Below are positions 38,839 to 47,126 of a DNA stretch of 64,000 nt, piece after piece. Below the pieces are notes generated by a model. That model ran no database searches and had not been told where the DNA came from. It saw nothing but the letters and a program-made list of their open reading frames with translations. This DNA is from Candidatus Buchananbacteria bacterium (GTDB taxonomy: Bacteria; Patescibacteriota; Patescibacteriia; 2-01-FULL-39-33): positions 6,490 to 70,489 of the forward strand of contig JAUSEE010000036.1 in assembly GCA_030650095.1 (NCBI GenBank), read 5' to 3'. Every line of letters begins with the position of its first letter. Positions within the stretch are counted from its first letter, which is position 1. The translations under genes and the position numbers were made by a program.

Positions 38839-41451
38839 TTATCTCAAATATTCTTTCAAATATTTTCCGGTAATGCTTTTTTCATTTTTCATTATTTCTT
38901 CCGGCGTGCCCTTGGCTACCACATACCCCCCTTTGTCTCCGCCTTCCGGCCCCAGATCAATCACATAATCGGCAGCATGGATAATGTGCATATTATGTTC
39001 TATAACCGCAATGCTGTTTTGCCTGTCTATTAATTTATTCAAAACCTGAAGCAATAGTTCTATATCGTGATAATGTAGCCCAACCGTCGGCTCATCCAAC
39101 AGATACAAAGTTTTACGTCCCAAAGTATGGGTTAATTCCCGGGCTAATTTTATCCTCTGGGCTTCACCGCCGGAAAGAGTGGTAGCGCTTTGTCCCAGTT
39201 TCAAATAACCCAGTCCCACTTCTTGCAAAACTTTTAATTTATCAGTTATCTGATAATGGCTGTCAAAATAGCCAATGGCTTCATCAATGGTCAAAGCCAG
39301 AACTTCGGCAATATTTTTACCTTTATACTTAACTTGCAGAGTTTCTCGATTGAATCTTTTGCCATGACAAACTTCGCATTCAACCGTAACAGCCGGCAAG
39401 AAATGCATTTCAATAAGATTAGAACCGGCGCCATCACAAGCCTCGCAACGTCCGCCCGGACGATTAAAAGAAAACCTGGATAAGGTATAGCCTTTCTCCC
39501 GCGACTCTGGCAAGAGGGCAAAAAATTCCCTGACAGGAGTAAAAATACCGGTGTAAGTGGCCGGATTGGAACGAGGCGTTCGGCCAATGGGCGATTGATC
39601 AACTATAACCACCCTACTTATATAATCCGTGCCCATAATTTTGGACACATTTTCCAATTCATTTTTTTTAACGCTGCTGGCCAAGCGCGGATTAGCTTTT
39701 ATTTTCTGGACATTGCGGTACAGCACATCATAAAGCAAAGATGATTTGCCACTGCCGGAAACGCCAGTTAGACAGACCATTTTCCTTAATGGAATATCCA
39801 CCTGGATATTTTTTAAATTATTAGCTCGGGCGCCGATTATTTTAATCGCTTCGCTGGTAGAAGTCCGCCTGTTTGAAGCTGTCTCGATAAATCTGTCACC
39901 GCGCAAATAATCCAAAGTCATGGATTTTTGAGAGTTGCCTTTCTTAAGCAGTTCTTTGGTTTCGCCTATGGCTACCACCTCTCCCCCGTGGCTGCCGGCC
40001 AGCGGCCCCAAATCCACTAGAAAATCAGAAGCCCTGATGGTTTTTTCATCATGTTCAACTATAATAACCGAATTGCCTTGGTCTTTTAACGATTTTAAAG
40101 TTTTAATCAATTTGTCGGTGTCTCTTTCATGCAAGCCGATTGTCGGCTCATCCAAAACATACAATGTCTTTGACAGATGCGAGCCGATTTGCGAACCCAG
40201 CCTTATTCTTTGCGCTTCACCGCCCGAAAGAGTTTCAGCTTCCCGGCTAAGCGACAAATAATTCAAGCCGACTTGCAAAAGAAAATCCAAGCGATCGGCA
40301 ATTTCAATTACCACATTCTCGGCGATTTCCTTCTGCCGAGCACTCATCTTACTATGATAGGCCACAAAAAAATCATAAGCTTGTAAAATAGACATGGCGC
40401 TAACCTCGGCTATATTCTTGCCGCCTATTCTAACCGACAAAGACTCGGCTCTCAACCTCTGGCCATGACAAACAGGGCAGGGCTCAACCTCTTTTTCATA
40501 CTGGTTTTGGTATTCGCCCACCTCTTTGCCTTCTTCGTCTAATTTCTTTTTATTTTCCCATAATTCCAATTTGCCCAGACCGTGGCATTTTTCACAAGCG
40601 CCGTGCGGACTGTTGAAAGAAAACAATCTAGGCTCCACTTCCGGAAAAGCAAAGCTGTCATTGGGACAAGTCCAATTAGCAGATAATAAAAATTCTGGGC
40701 TGTCTCCTACCTTGGCAGACAAGTTTTTCTTCTCCCTAAATAAAGCCACAGCCAAACCGCTGGCATAATTGACAGCATTTTCTACCGCTTCCGACAAACG
40801 GCCTTCATCGTTAATCATCACTTTATCAATAATAATATCAATGCTGTGCTTACTGTGCCTGGCCAATTTTATTTTCTCATGCAGAGAATGGAACCGGCCG
40901 TCTATCCTGGCTTCGCCAAAACCTAAACTAAGATAATCATAAAGCAGTTGGTAGTATTCGCCTTTTCTATCTATAACCACCGGGGCTAAAATGGTAACGT
41001 ACTCTTCGTCCAGTTCCTTGGCTCGAGATTTTATGATATCAATCATTTCATCCAAAGCCAGCTTGTCGATTTTATGATCGCATTTTGGGCAATAGACTTC
41101 GCCTAACCTGGCATACAAAACGCGCAAATAATCGTAGATCTCGGTGAGAGTGCCTACAGTAGAACGAGGATTATGCGACAAGGCTTTTTGATCTATGGAA
41201 ATCGACGGCGCCAAGCCGATTATTTCATCAACATCAGCCGGTTTCATCTGGCCCAAAAATTGCCGAGCATAGGGAGACAATGATTCAATATAACGCCTCT
41301 GGCCTTCGGCAAAAATAGTATCAAAAGCCAAGGAAGATTTGCCGCTTCCCGACACACCCGTAAAAACCACCAGCTTATTATGCGGTATTTCCAGACTTAT
41401 ATTTTTTAAATTGTGCACCCGCGCCCCGCGGATGATTATGCTATCTTTCAT
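38839..41451 (-). CDS. uvrA: Excinuclease ABC subunit A
   Basis: Two [11 protein letters not shown] Walker A motifs, two [14 protein letters not shown], zinc-finger CxxC pairs. Confidence 0.98.
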   Translation of the reverse strand: MKDSIIIRGARVHNLKNISLEIPHNKLVVFTGVSGSGKSSLAFDTIFAEGQRRYIESLSPYARQFLGQMKPADVDEIIGLAPSISIDQKALSHNPRSTVGTLTEIYDYLRVLYARLGEVYCPKCDHKIDKLALDEMIDIIKSRAKELDEEYVTILAPVVIDRKGEYYQLLYDYLSLGFGEARIDGRFHSLHEKIKLARHSKHSIDIIIDKVMINDEGRLSEAVENAVNYASGLAVALFREKKNLSAKVGDSPEFLLSANWTCPNDSFAFPEVEPRLFSFNSPHGACEKCHGLGKLELWENKKKLDEEGKEVGEYQNQYEKEVEPCPVCHGQRLRAESLSVRIGGKNIAEVSAMSILQAYDFFVAYHSKMSARQKEIAENVVIEIADRLDFLLQVGLNYLSLSREAETLSGGEAQRIRLGSQIGSHLSKTLYVLDEPTIGLHERDTDKLIKTLKSLKDQGNSVIIVEHDEKTIRASDFLVDLGPLAGSHGGEVVAIGETKELLKKGNSQKSMTLDYLRGDRFIETASNRRTSTSEAIKIIGARANNLKNIQVDIPLRKMVCLTGVSGSGKSSLLYDVLYRNVQKIKANPRLASSVKKNELENVSKIMGTDYISRVVIVDQSPIGRTPRSNPATYTGIFTPVREFFALLPESREKGYTLSRFSFNRPGGRCEACDGAGSNLIEMHFLPAVTVECEVCHGKRFNRETLQVKYKGKNIAEVLALTIDEAIGYFDSHYQITDKLKVLQEVGLGYLKLGQSATTLSGGEAQRIKLARELTHTLGRKTLYLLDEPTVGLHYHDIELLLQVLNKLIDRQNSIAVIEHNMHIIHAADYVIDLGPEGGDKGGYVVAKGTPEEIMKNEKSITGKYLKEYLR

Positions 41452-41586
41452 AGATTGACATTTTATGATAATTGAAGTACGATTTAACTTAATTTGGAAC
41501 TTTATAACTTAATATTTATATTGCCAAGCGAACAAGTATTGTATCACCAAGTCCACCAACGGTCAACATTAAGGAGGAAACTGACA

Positions 41587-42033
41587 ATGAACTCGAAAAT
41601 ATTCAAAAGGCCTTATTCCAAAGTGGAAATAACCGATCACAGCATCTCCGGTAATATGCTTTTCCGCAAAATAGAATCATGGCTGGAAGCGGAACCATCG
41701 GTGCTGATCTGGGAGACCAGTTACTACGAACCCCCGGCAATGCAGGGATTCGACAGCCAGAAACGGGAGATCGCTGTGCCAAGATACGGCTGGACGATTG
41801 AATTCCAATTTGATCGAGCCAATGCCGCTGCCAAAGACGGATACTATGATGGCGTCGCCATTATCGCCGGAACCATCACGCACAGTCTGGAAATAGCCGG
41901 TGAAAAATCCCGGGAAGCTTACAAATTATCCTGTAGCTCGCGTAACTTTCGGGGAGAAGCGACTTTCACATCAGCCGTTGAACTCTGGAAAACATTCACC
42001 AATTTGGGACTAAGAAAAACCACCACACCCTAA
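41587..42033 (+). CDS. Hypothetical protein
   Basis: AAGGAGG SD before MNSKIF. Promoter TTGACA-17-TACGAT at 41455-41483, terminator at 42032-42058. Confidence 0.75.
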   Translation: MNSKIFKRPYSKVEITDHSISGNMLFRKIESWLEAEPSVLIWETSYYEPPAMQGFDSQKREIAVPRYGWTIEFQFDRANAAAKDGYYDGVAIIAGTITHSLEIAGEKSREAYKLSCSSRNFRGEATFTSAVELWKTFTNLGLRKTTTP

Positions 42034-42056
42034 CCGCGGTAAATTATCGCGGTTTT

Positions 42057-43895
42057 TTATTTCTCCACCACATCCAGCATGTTTTCAATGTCTTTTATAA
42101 TCGTCTGAGGAGTAATTTTATGTTTCTTATTATAAGCCAACTGTAATTTTCTTCTTCTGGCCACCTCTTCAATCGCCCGTTTCATGGAGCCGGTTTTCTT
42201 ATCGGCATACAAAATAACCTGGCCCAAAACATTTCTGGCCGCCCGCCCCATGGTTTGAATAAGTGCTTCCTCGCTGCGCAAAAATCCTTCCCGGTCGGCA
42301 TCCATAATCGCCACGAGCGTTACTTCCGGCAAATCCAAACCTTCACGCAAAAGATTGACACCCACCAAAATATCAAACTGGCCTTCCCTGAATTCTTTAA
42401 GTATTTCTGTTCGGCGGAATGTTTTAATATCCGAATGAAGATAACTGGCCTTGAAGCCGTTTTTTTGCAAATAAGAATCAAGGTCTTCGGCCATTTTTTT
42501 GGTGAGGGTGTTAACAATCGCTCTTTCGCCTTTTTTCACAACCCTTTTCAACTCCTCGATTAAATCATCCACCTGGCTCTTATTCTTCTGCCTATCATAA
42601 ACCGATCTGATTTCAATGGGCGGATCCACTAAGCCGGTTGGACGGATAACTTGCTCAACTGTCTTTTTGGAATTGCTTATTTCCCATTTGCCCGGCGTAG
42701 CCGAGGTAAAAATAGTCGGGCCGATACGCTGTAAAAATTCATTGAATTTCAGCGGCCGGTTATCCAAAGCGCTGGGCAGGCGCCAGCCGTATTTAATCAG
42801 GTTTTCTTTTCGAGCGTGATCGCCTTCATACATGCCTCTCACCTGCGGCAAGCCGATGTGTGATTCGTCCATAATCAAAGTAAAATCGGGCCGGCCGTTT
42901 TTATCTTTGGGAAAATAAGACAAAAGAGAATCAGGCGCTTCTCCGGCCAGCTTGCCGGTTAGGTGGCGCGAATAATTTTCAATGCCATGGCAGTAGCCCA
43001 AGCTTCTTAACATTTCCATGTCATATTTTGTCCGCCTCTCCAATCTTTCGGCTTCCAAATATAAATTATTCTTTTGAAAATATTTCAATCTGTCTTTTAA
43101 TTCGTTCTTAATGTCTCCGATAGCCCTGGCAATTTCCGGTTTGGTGGAAATAAAATGCTTAGGCGGAAAAATAATTATATCCTGCAAGCCTTCTATAATA
43201 TGCCTGGAAACTTTATCAACGATGCCGATGTCAACAACTTTTTGCTCGGCCAACTCTATCCGATAAATCACATCTTCGGCCGCCGGCCTGATTTCAAAAA
43301 CATCGCCCCGCACCCTGAAAGATCCCCTTTTTAATTCTCCCATCGTCCTGGCAAATTGGATTTTAATCAATTGGGCGATTAAATCCCGCCTCACAATATT
43401 ATGCCCGACTTCCAAATGAAGCGATGACTGGGTATAACTCACCGGCAAACCTAAATTATAAATACAAGAAACAGACGCCACAATAATGACATCGCGCCTG
43501 GTGGCAAGAGCCGCAGTAGCTTGGTGCCTTAAGCGGTCGATTTCTTCGTTGATCATGGCTTCTTTTTCTATATAGGTATCACTGGAGGGCATATAGGCTT
43601 CCGGCTGATAATAATCATAATAAGAAACGAAATAATTAACGCTATTTTTGGGAAAGAAATTTTTATATTCGCGATAAAGCTGAGCCGCCAAAGATTTGTT
43701 AGGCGCCATTACCAAAACAGGCCGATTGAAATTGGCTATAACACTGGCTGAAGTGAAAGTCTTGCCTGATCCAGTTACTCCCAAAAGAGTTTGAAAATCA
43801 TGGCCGCTTTTTAAGCCGCTGATCAATTCTTTTATAGCCTTGGGCTGATCGCCGGCCGGCTTATACTTAGATTTTAACTTGAATATTTTTTCCAT
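42057..43895 (-). CDS. uvrB: Excinuclease ABC subunit B
   Basis: PAGDQP, LGVTGSGKT, YFVSYYDYYQPEAY, DESH, LLREGLDLPEV, GRAARN. Confidence 0.98.
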   Translation of the reverse strand: MEKIFKLKSKYKPAGDQPKAIKELISGLKSGHDFQTLLGVTGSGKTFTSASVIANFNRPVLVMAPNKSLAAQLYREYKNFFPKNSVNYFVSYYDYYQPEAYMPSSDTYIEKEAMINEEIDRLRHQATAALATRRDVIIVASVSCIYNLGLPVSYTQSSLHLEVGHNIVRRDLIAQLIKIQFARTMGELKRGSFRVRGDVFEIRPAAEDVIYRIELAEQKVVDIGIVDKVSRHIIEGLQDIIIFPPKHFISTKPEIARAIGDIKNELKDRLKYFQKNNLYLEAERLERRTKYDMEMLRSLGYCHGIENYSRHLTGKLAGEAPDSLLSYFPKDKNGRPDFTLIMDESHIGLPQVRGMYEGDHARKENLIKYGWRLPSALDNRPLKFNEFLQRIGPTIFTSATPGKWEISNSKKTVEQVIRPTGLVDPPIEIRSVYDRQKNKSQVDDLIEELKRVVKKGERAIVNTLTKKMAEDLDSYLQKNGFKASYLHSDIKTFRRTEILKEFREGQFDILVGVNLLREGLDLPEVTLVAIMDADREGFLRSEEALIQTMGRAARNVLGQVILYADKKTGSMKRAIEEVARRRKLQLAYNKKHKITPQTIIKDIENMLDVVEK

Positions 43896-43897
43896 AG

Positions 43898-43971
43898 TGG
43901 ATGATACTGGATTCGAACCAGTGACCTTTCGGACGTGAACCGAACGCTCTAACCAACTGAGCTAAACATCC
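43898..43971 (-). tRNA. tRNA-Val (CAC), CCA not encoded
   Basis: GGATGTTTAGCTCAGTTGGTTAGAGCG-TTCGG-TT CAC GT-CCGAA-AGGTCACTGGTTCGAATCCAGTATCATCCA cloverleaf. Confidence 0.92.
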
Positions 43972-44015
43972 TTGATGTGCTTAAAAAACAATCCTCTTTT
44001 TATTATCAATACACA

Positions 44016-44171
44016 TCAGACCTTACGGTCTGAACGCTCTATCCTGGGTTGGCGTAAAATCCTGCGCCAGCTCGGATTTTTCGACGCTCAACTGCACCTC
44101 GCTTTAGCTCGGCTTGTTTTGCTTCCAACCCGTCGCTAAAAAGCGACCCAACTGAGCTAAACATCCTTGAT
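44016..44171 (-). pseudogene. Degenerate 5' copy of tRNA-Val with a 106-nt D-loop insert
   Basis: 24-bp identity between 44148-44171 and 43953-43976. TAGAGCGTTC resumes after the insert. No T arm. Confidence 0.65.
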
Positions 44172-44178
44172 TTATATA

Positions 44179-44218
44179 TTGTCATCCCGACCAAGCAAAG
44201 CGCGTGGAGGGATCCCTT
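44179..44218. repeat. REP-like arm downstream of the GIY-YIG gene
   Basis: ttgtcatcccgaccaagcaaagcgcgtggagggatccctt. Confidence 0.8.
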
Positions 44219-44651
44219 AAAAATTAAACATTTCATCACTCAAATCCCTCCACGTAGGATTTAAAGTTTTAATTAAATTTTGCTTCTTTTCTCTTCGCCA
44301 TTTTTTGAGTTGTTTCTCCCTAGCCAGTGCTTCACCAATATCCGTATTGTATTCATAAATGAACCCGACCTCGCTCTAAAGAGCGAGGTATCTGGGCGGT
44401 TTCAAATGGAAGGTGTCGGCTCCGCCGACATATTTCTCCTCACACTGCCCTTCATCCCCTGGCTTAAAAGCCAGGGGTATTCGGGCAGCAACATTATAAA
44501 CTAATTTTTTACAATCATATTTTTTAGTAAAACCATCAATCAATTTTTGTTTATGCTCCCAAATCCTCTTTTCTAAATTATTAGTAATACCTATGTACAA
44601 AGTGCCACTCTCACTAGCCATGATGTAAATATAATAATATTTATTATTCAT
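44217..44651 (-). pseudogene. YhbQ/UPF0213-type GIY-YIG nuclease interrupted by a 138-bp insertion
   Basis: YYIYIMAS..GTLYIGITNNLEKRIWEHK...KKLVY [insert] YEYNTDIGEALAREKQLKKWRREKKQNLIKTLNPTWRDLS. Removing the insert restores a 98-aa protein. Confidence 0.88.
44358..44495 (-). mobile_element. Non-autonomous IS200/IS605-family miniature element (PATE-like)
   Basis: Left hairpin cccctggcttttaagccagggg, right hairpin acctcgctctttagagcgaggt followed by gggttca. Inserted 3' of TTTAT. No transposase. Confidence 0.75.
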
Positions 44652-44663
44652 AAATTAGTTTTT

Positions 44664-44735
44664 AAGGGATCCCTCGACTTCGCTCGGGATGACAATAAGT
44701 GTGACTCGGGATGACAATCAATAGAACTCGGGATA
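44664..44735. repeat. REP-like arms upstream of the GIY-YIG gene (one full, two partial)
   Basis: aagggatccctcgacttcgctcgggatgacaa, then actcgggatgacaa and actcgggat. Confidence 0.8.
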
Positions 44736-44891
44736 GCCTAATTTAAAAAATCTTCCATGCGCAAAAACGGCCGAGTTTCACGGCTTATAGGGGTATACTA
44801 TAATAAAACATGCCTTTTGGCAAATAAAAAAGCGGGCACTTGGTGTACCCGCAAAAATCTAAATGTTGTTTTTAAAAAGGTGCTGTTTGAA

Positions 44892-45461
44892 TTAAAGTGC
44901 CAAAATTTCAGCGATGGCAGCGAGCTTGCCGGCTTCATCAACTGGGAAAGCGATGCCATTAACCAAAATCGCCAGCAATTCATCCTGATCGGTAGAAAGC
45001 TCTACATCAATTTCGTCTCCGTTGCCGACCAAATCCTGCAAATTGGCGTCCTCTTCGTCAACCGTGACAGAAATTACGCTATCCGGATCAATGCCGACAA
45101 CATCGCGAAGAATGTTGGCAATGGTATCTGGAGTTTCCAAAGCATAATCTTGGCCATTGACCGTGCAAGTAAGCACACCGGAGCCATCATTACCCTTGAT
45201 CTTGGTGATAATCAAAATGACATCTCCATTACAAAGTGGCGTGGTCTTGATGCTGCCGACATAGCCCTTGTCCGGATCAATTTCTGCAACATTGGAAAAC
45301 ATCTTTTTATTCACGCGGACTTCTCGGCCGCCAGTCAATGCAACCCACTCAACTTCTGGCTTAATTTCTTCGGCCTTGACAGCCACATCCATAACCGTGC
45401 CACCATCAGGAACGGTAACGTCAAGAATTGGACCTGGAACAACCATAATCTGCACGTTCAT
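44892..45461 (-). CDS. Tandem ubiquitin-like (beta-grasp) protein precursor
   Basis: Domain 1: VQIMVVPG...GTVMDV...EVRVN...PLCNGDVILIITKIKG|N. Domain 2 is ThiS/MoaD-like (TVNGQDY...TIANIL...VTVD...LVGNGDEIDV). CAGGAG SD. Last gene of the E2-JAB-E1 operon. Confidence 0.78.
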   Translation of the reverse strand: MNVQIMVVPGPILDVTVPDGGTVMDVAVKAEEIKPEVEWVALTGGREVRVNKKMFSNVAEIDPDKGYVGSIKTTPLCNGDVILIITKIKGNDGSGVLTCTVNGQDYALETPDTIANILRDVVGIDPDSVISVTVDEEDANLQDLVGNGDEIDVELSTDQDELLAILVNGIAFPVDEAGKLAAIAEILAL

Positions 45462-45517
45462 TTCTGCTTCTCCTGTTTGTTTAAAAATGTTCTAAATAGA
45501 AAGTTAAAAATCGGTAG

Positions 45518-46213
45518 CTAATCTGAGGCAACTCCGTCACCGATAATCACCATCGGACGAGCGCAGACAATCAACTCCTTTTGATAATCCTCGCCATTAA
45601 ACCATTTAATCAGCTTCCAAACTGCTACGGAAGCAATATAGGAAACAGTGGGTGAAATAGACCTGTTAGTGCAAGGCGATTCCTCCGCTTCTTCGTCGCT
45701 ATAAAGTGTACTTTCCCACATCCGAATATCGGAGAGGTTCGATGGTAGAATAGCATAAACCCGGCCGTTGTCAATGGCCATTCTGGTTTCTACCATAAAT
45801 TTAACCGGCAACTTGAATTTTAGAGCGCCGTCCCAAATATCACGGCGTATATCCATGGAATCAACCATTAAGAAAATTACGCCTTTTAATTTGGAATTGG
45901 CGGTTACCGCTTCATTATGAGCGGTAATTCCTATGCCGGTAGCTTCCAAGATTATTTCCTGCAAAGCCTCAACCTTGGGCCGGCCGACATCTTTCAGGCG
46001 ATAAACCTGGTTAGGCAAATTATGATCTTCAACTTCGTCAAAGTCATAAACATGGATATCTTGGACGCCCATCTTAGCCAGGAGATAAGCCACATAACTG
46101 CCGGTGGCTCCGACTCCGATAACATGGACTTCATCTTGGAATTTACCTGGGTCAAACAAATCCAATTGCCGCCAATAATCAACCCTGACAATTTCTTGTT
46201 CTTGATTTGCCAT
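45518..46213 (-). CDS. ThiF/E1-like ubiquitin-activating enzyme
   Basis: RQLDL, VIGVGATGS, DFDEVEDHNLPNQ, GRPKVEAL, MVDSMDIR. Single candidate catalytic Cys (ESPCT), no CxxC zinc pairs. Start set at MANQEQ. Confidence 0.92.
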   Translation of the reverse strand: MANQEQEIVRVDYWRQLDLFDPGKFQDEVHVIGVGATGSYVAYLLAKMGVQDIHVYDFDEVEDHNLPNQVYRLKDVGRPKVEALQEIILEATGIGITAHNEAVTANSKLKGVIFLMVDSMDIRRDIWDGALKFKLPVKFMVETRMAIDNGRVYAILPSNLSDIRMWESTLYSDEEAEESPCTNRSISPTVSYIASVAVWKLIKWFNGEDYQKELIVCARPMVIIGDGVASD

Positions 46214-46220
46214 ATCTTCA

Positions 46221-47126
46221 TTATTCCAAGGAAGCCCAGATGCCATCCCATTCTCGAACAATATCAAATTCAGCTGGCGGAGAGAAATTGCCATTACTGT
46301 CCTCTGCCGGAACAAGATCGCCTTCGGTTAAGGCCTCTTCTTGTCCCTCTGAATTACCTTCATGAAAAACATGTCTGCCCTTCCGGCGAGTGTAGACTGG
46401 AGACTCTTGTCCCTTTCTATGCCAACGATACATCGGTTGTCCGGGAGCTGGCCCAGAAGACAGACTCTTAATAACTGCCTGTTGATATTGATAATTAGGA
46501 ACTGTCTGAATAAAAACCTCTCTGGAAACTTTTTCCGCCACTTGAGCTTGCCAATATTCCTGCCTTTGAGCGTCAACAGGAGTGTAAATCTGCCAAGGAA
46601 TATCATGCCAAACAACCCCGCGCTTATAATCAAACAAGGAAAATTCAGCCCGGCCACCGCGTCCGAAAATGCCGCGCAGAAACCACTCATTGTGGCTGAA
46701 GAGCTTCATTTGATCATTATCTTGCGATGACGCATCAGTGGAATTGCTCGGATGGACATGGCCCCAAAACAAAATACTGGAGCAAAGTTCCGGATTTTCC
46801 CTGGCTAAATCAGTAAACAAATCAGCCAAGCCGTCTTCGGTCATTTCCGTGGTAGCACCGTGGACTGTCTGATTGATCAAGAAAATCTGTTCTATTAAAA
46901 ACTCATACTCGGCCAAAATCCTGACACTGCCCAGCCAGCCGATTTCATCACTGCCGCTTAATTGGGCGATAGCGAGCATATCGCTGTAGGCTTCGGGTTT
47001 GATAAGAACTTTGGGAATTGATTTTTGGGAAATAGTTGTTTGTCTGGGCTCGAATGGATGGGGAGAGAATGCCTCCGCTCCCGAAGATTTATATTGAGTT
47101 GACGCAACATAAGGATGTTGATGCAT
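46221..47126 (-). CDS. JAB/JAMM (MPN+) metalloprotease, Ubl-processing/deconjugating
   Basis: DEIGWLG...WGHVHPSNSTDASSQD = E...HxH...S..D JAMM motif. TGATG overlap with the upstream gene and AAGGAG SD. Confidence 0.9.
   Translation of the reverse strand: MHQHPYVASTQYKSSGAEAFSPHPFEPRQTTISQKSIPKVLIKPEAYSDMLAIAQLSGSDEIGWLGSVRILAEYEFLIEQIFLINQTVHGATTEMTEDGLADLFTDLARENPELCSSILFWGHVHPSNSTDASSQDNDQMKLFSHNEWFLRGIFGRGGRAEFSLFDYKRGVVWHDIPWQIYTPVDAQRQEYWQAQVAEKVSREVFIQTVPNYQYQQAVIKSLSSGPAPGQPMYRWHRKGQESPVYTRRKGRHVFHEGNSEGQEEALTEGDLVPAEDSNGNFSPPAEFDIVREWDGIWASLE

Noticed and set aside
44376-44378. In-frame TAG in the GIY-YIG gene as evidence of recoding
   Set aside because: It lies in the inserted element's hairpin. 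TAG and TGA act as normal stops elsewhere (ppdK ends TAG, recJ ends TAA, tdk ends TGA).
44664-44735. Repeated ctcgggatgacaa units as a CRISPR array
   Set aside because: Units and spacers are too short and irregular, match REP arms, and there are no cas genes. No CRISPR array was seen in the window.
45518-46213. E1-like gene as ThiF/MoeB for cofactor biosynthesis
   Set aside because: No zinc CxxC motifs, no thi/moa neighbours, no GG-ending carrier. It is linked to E2 and JAB genes instead.
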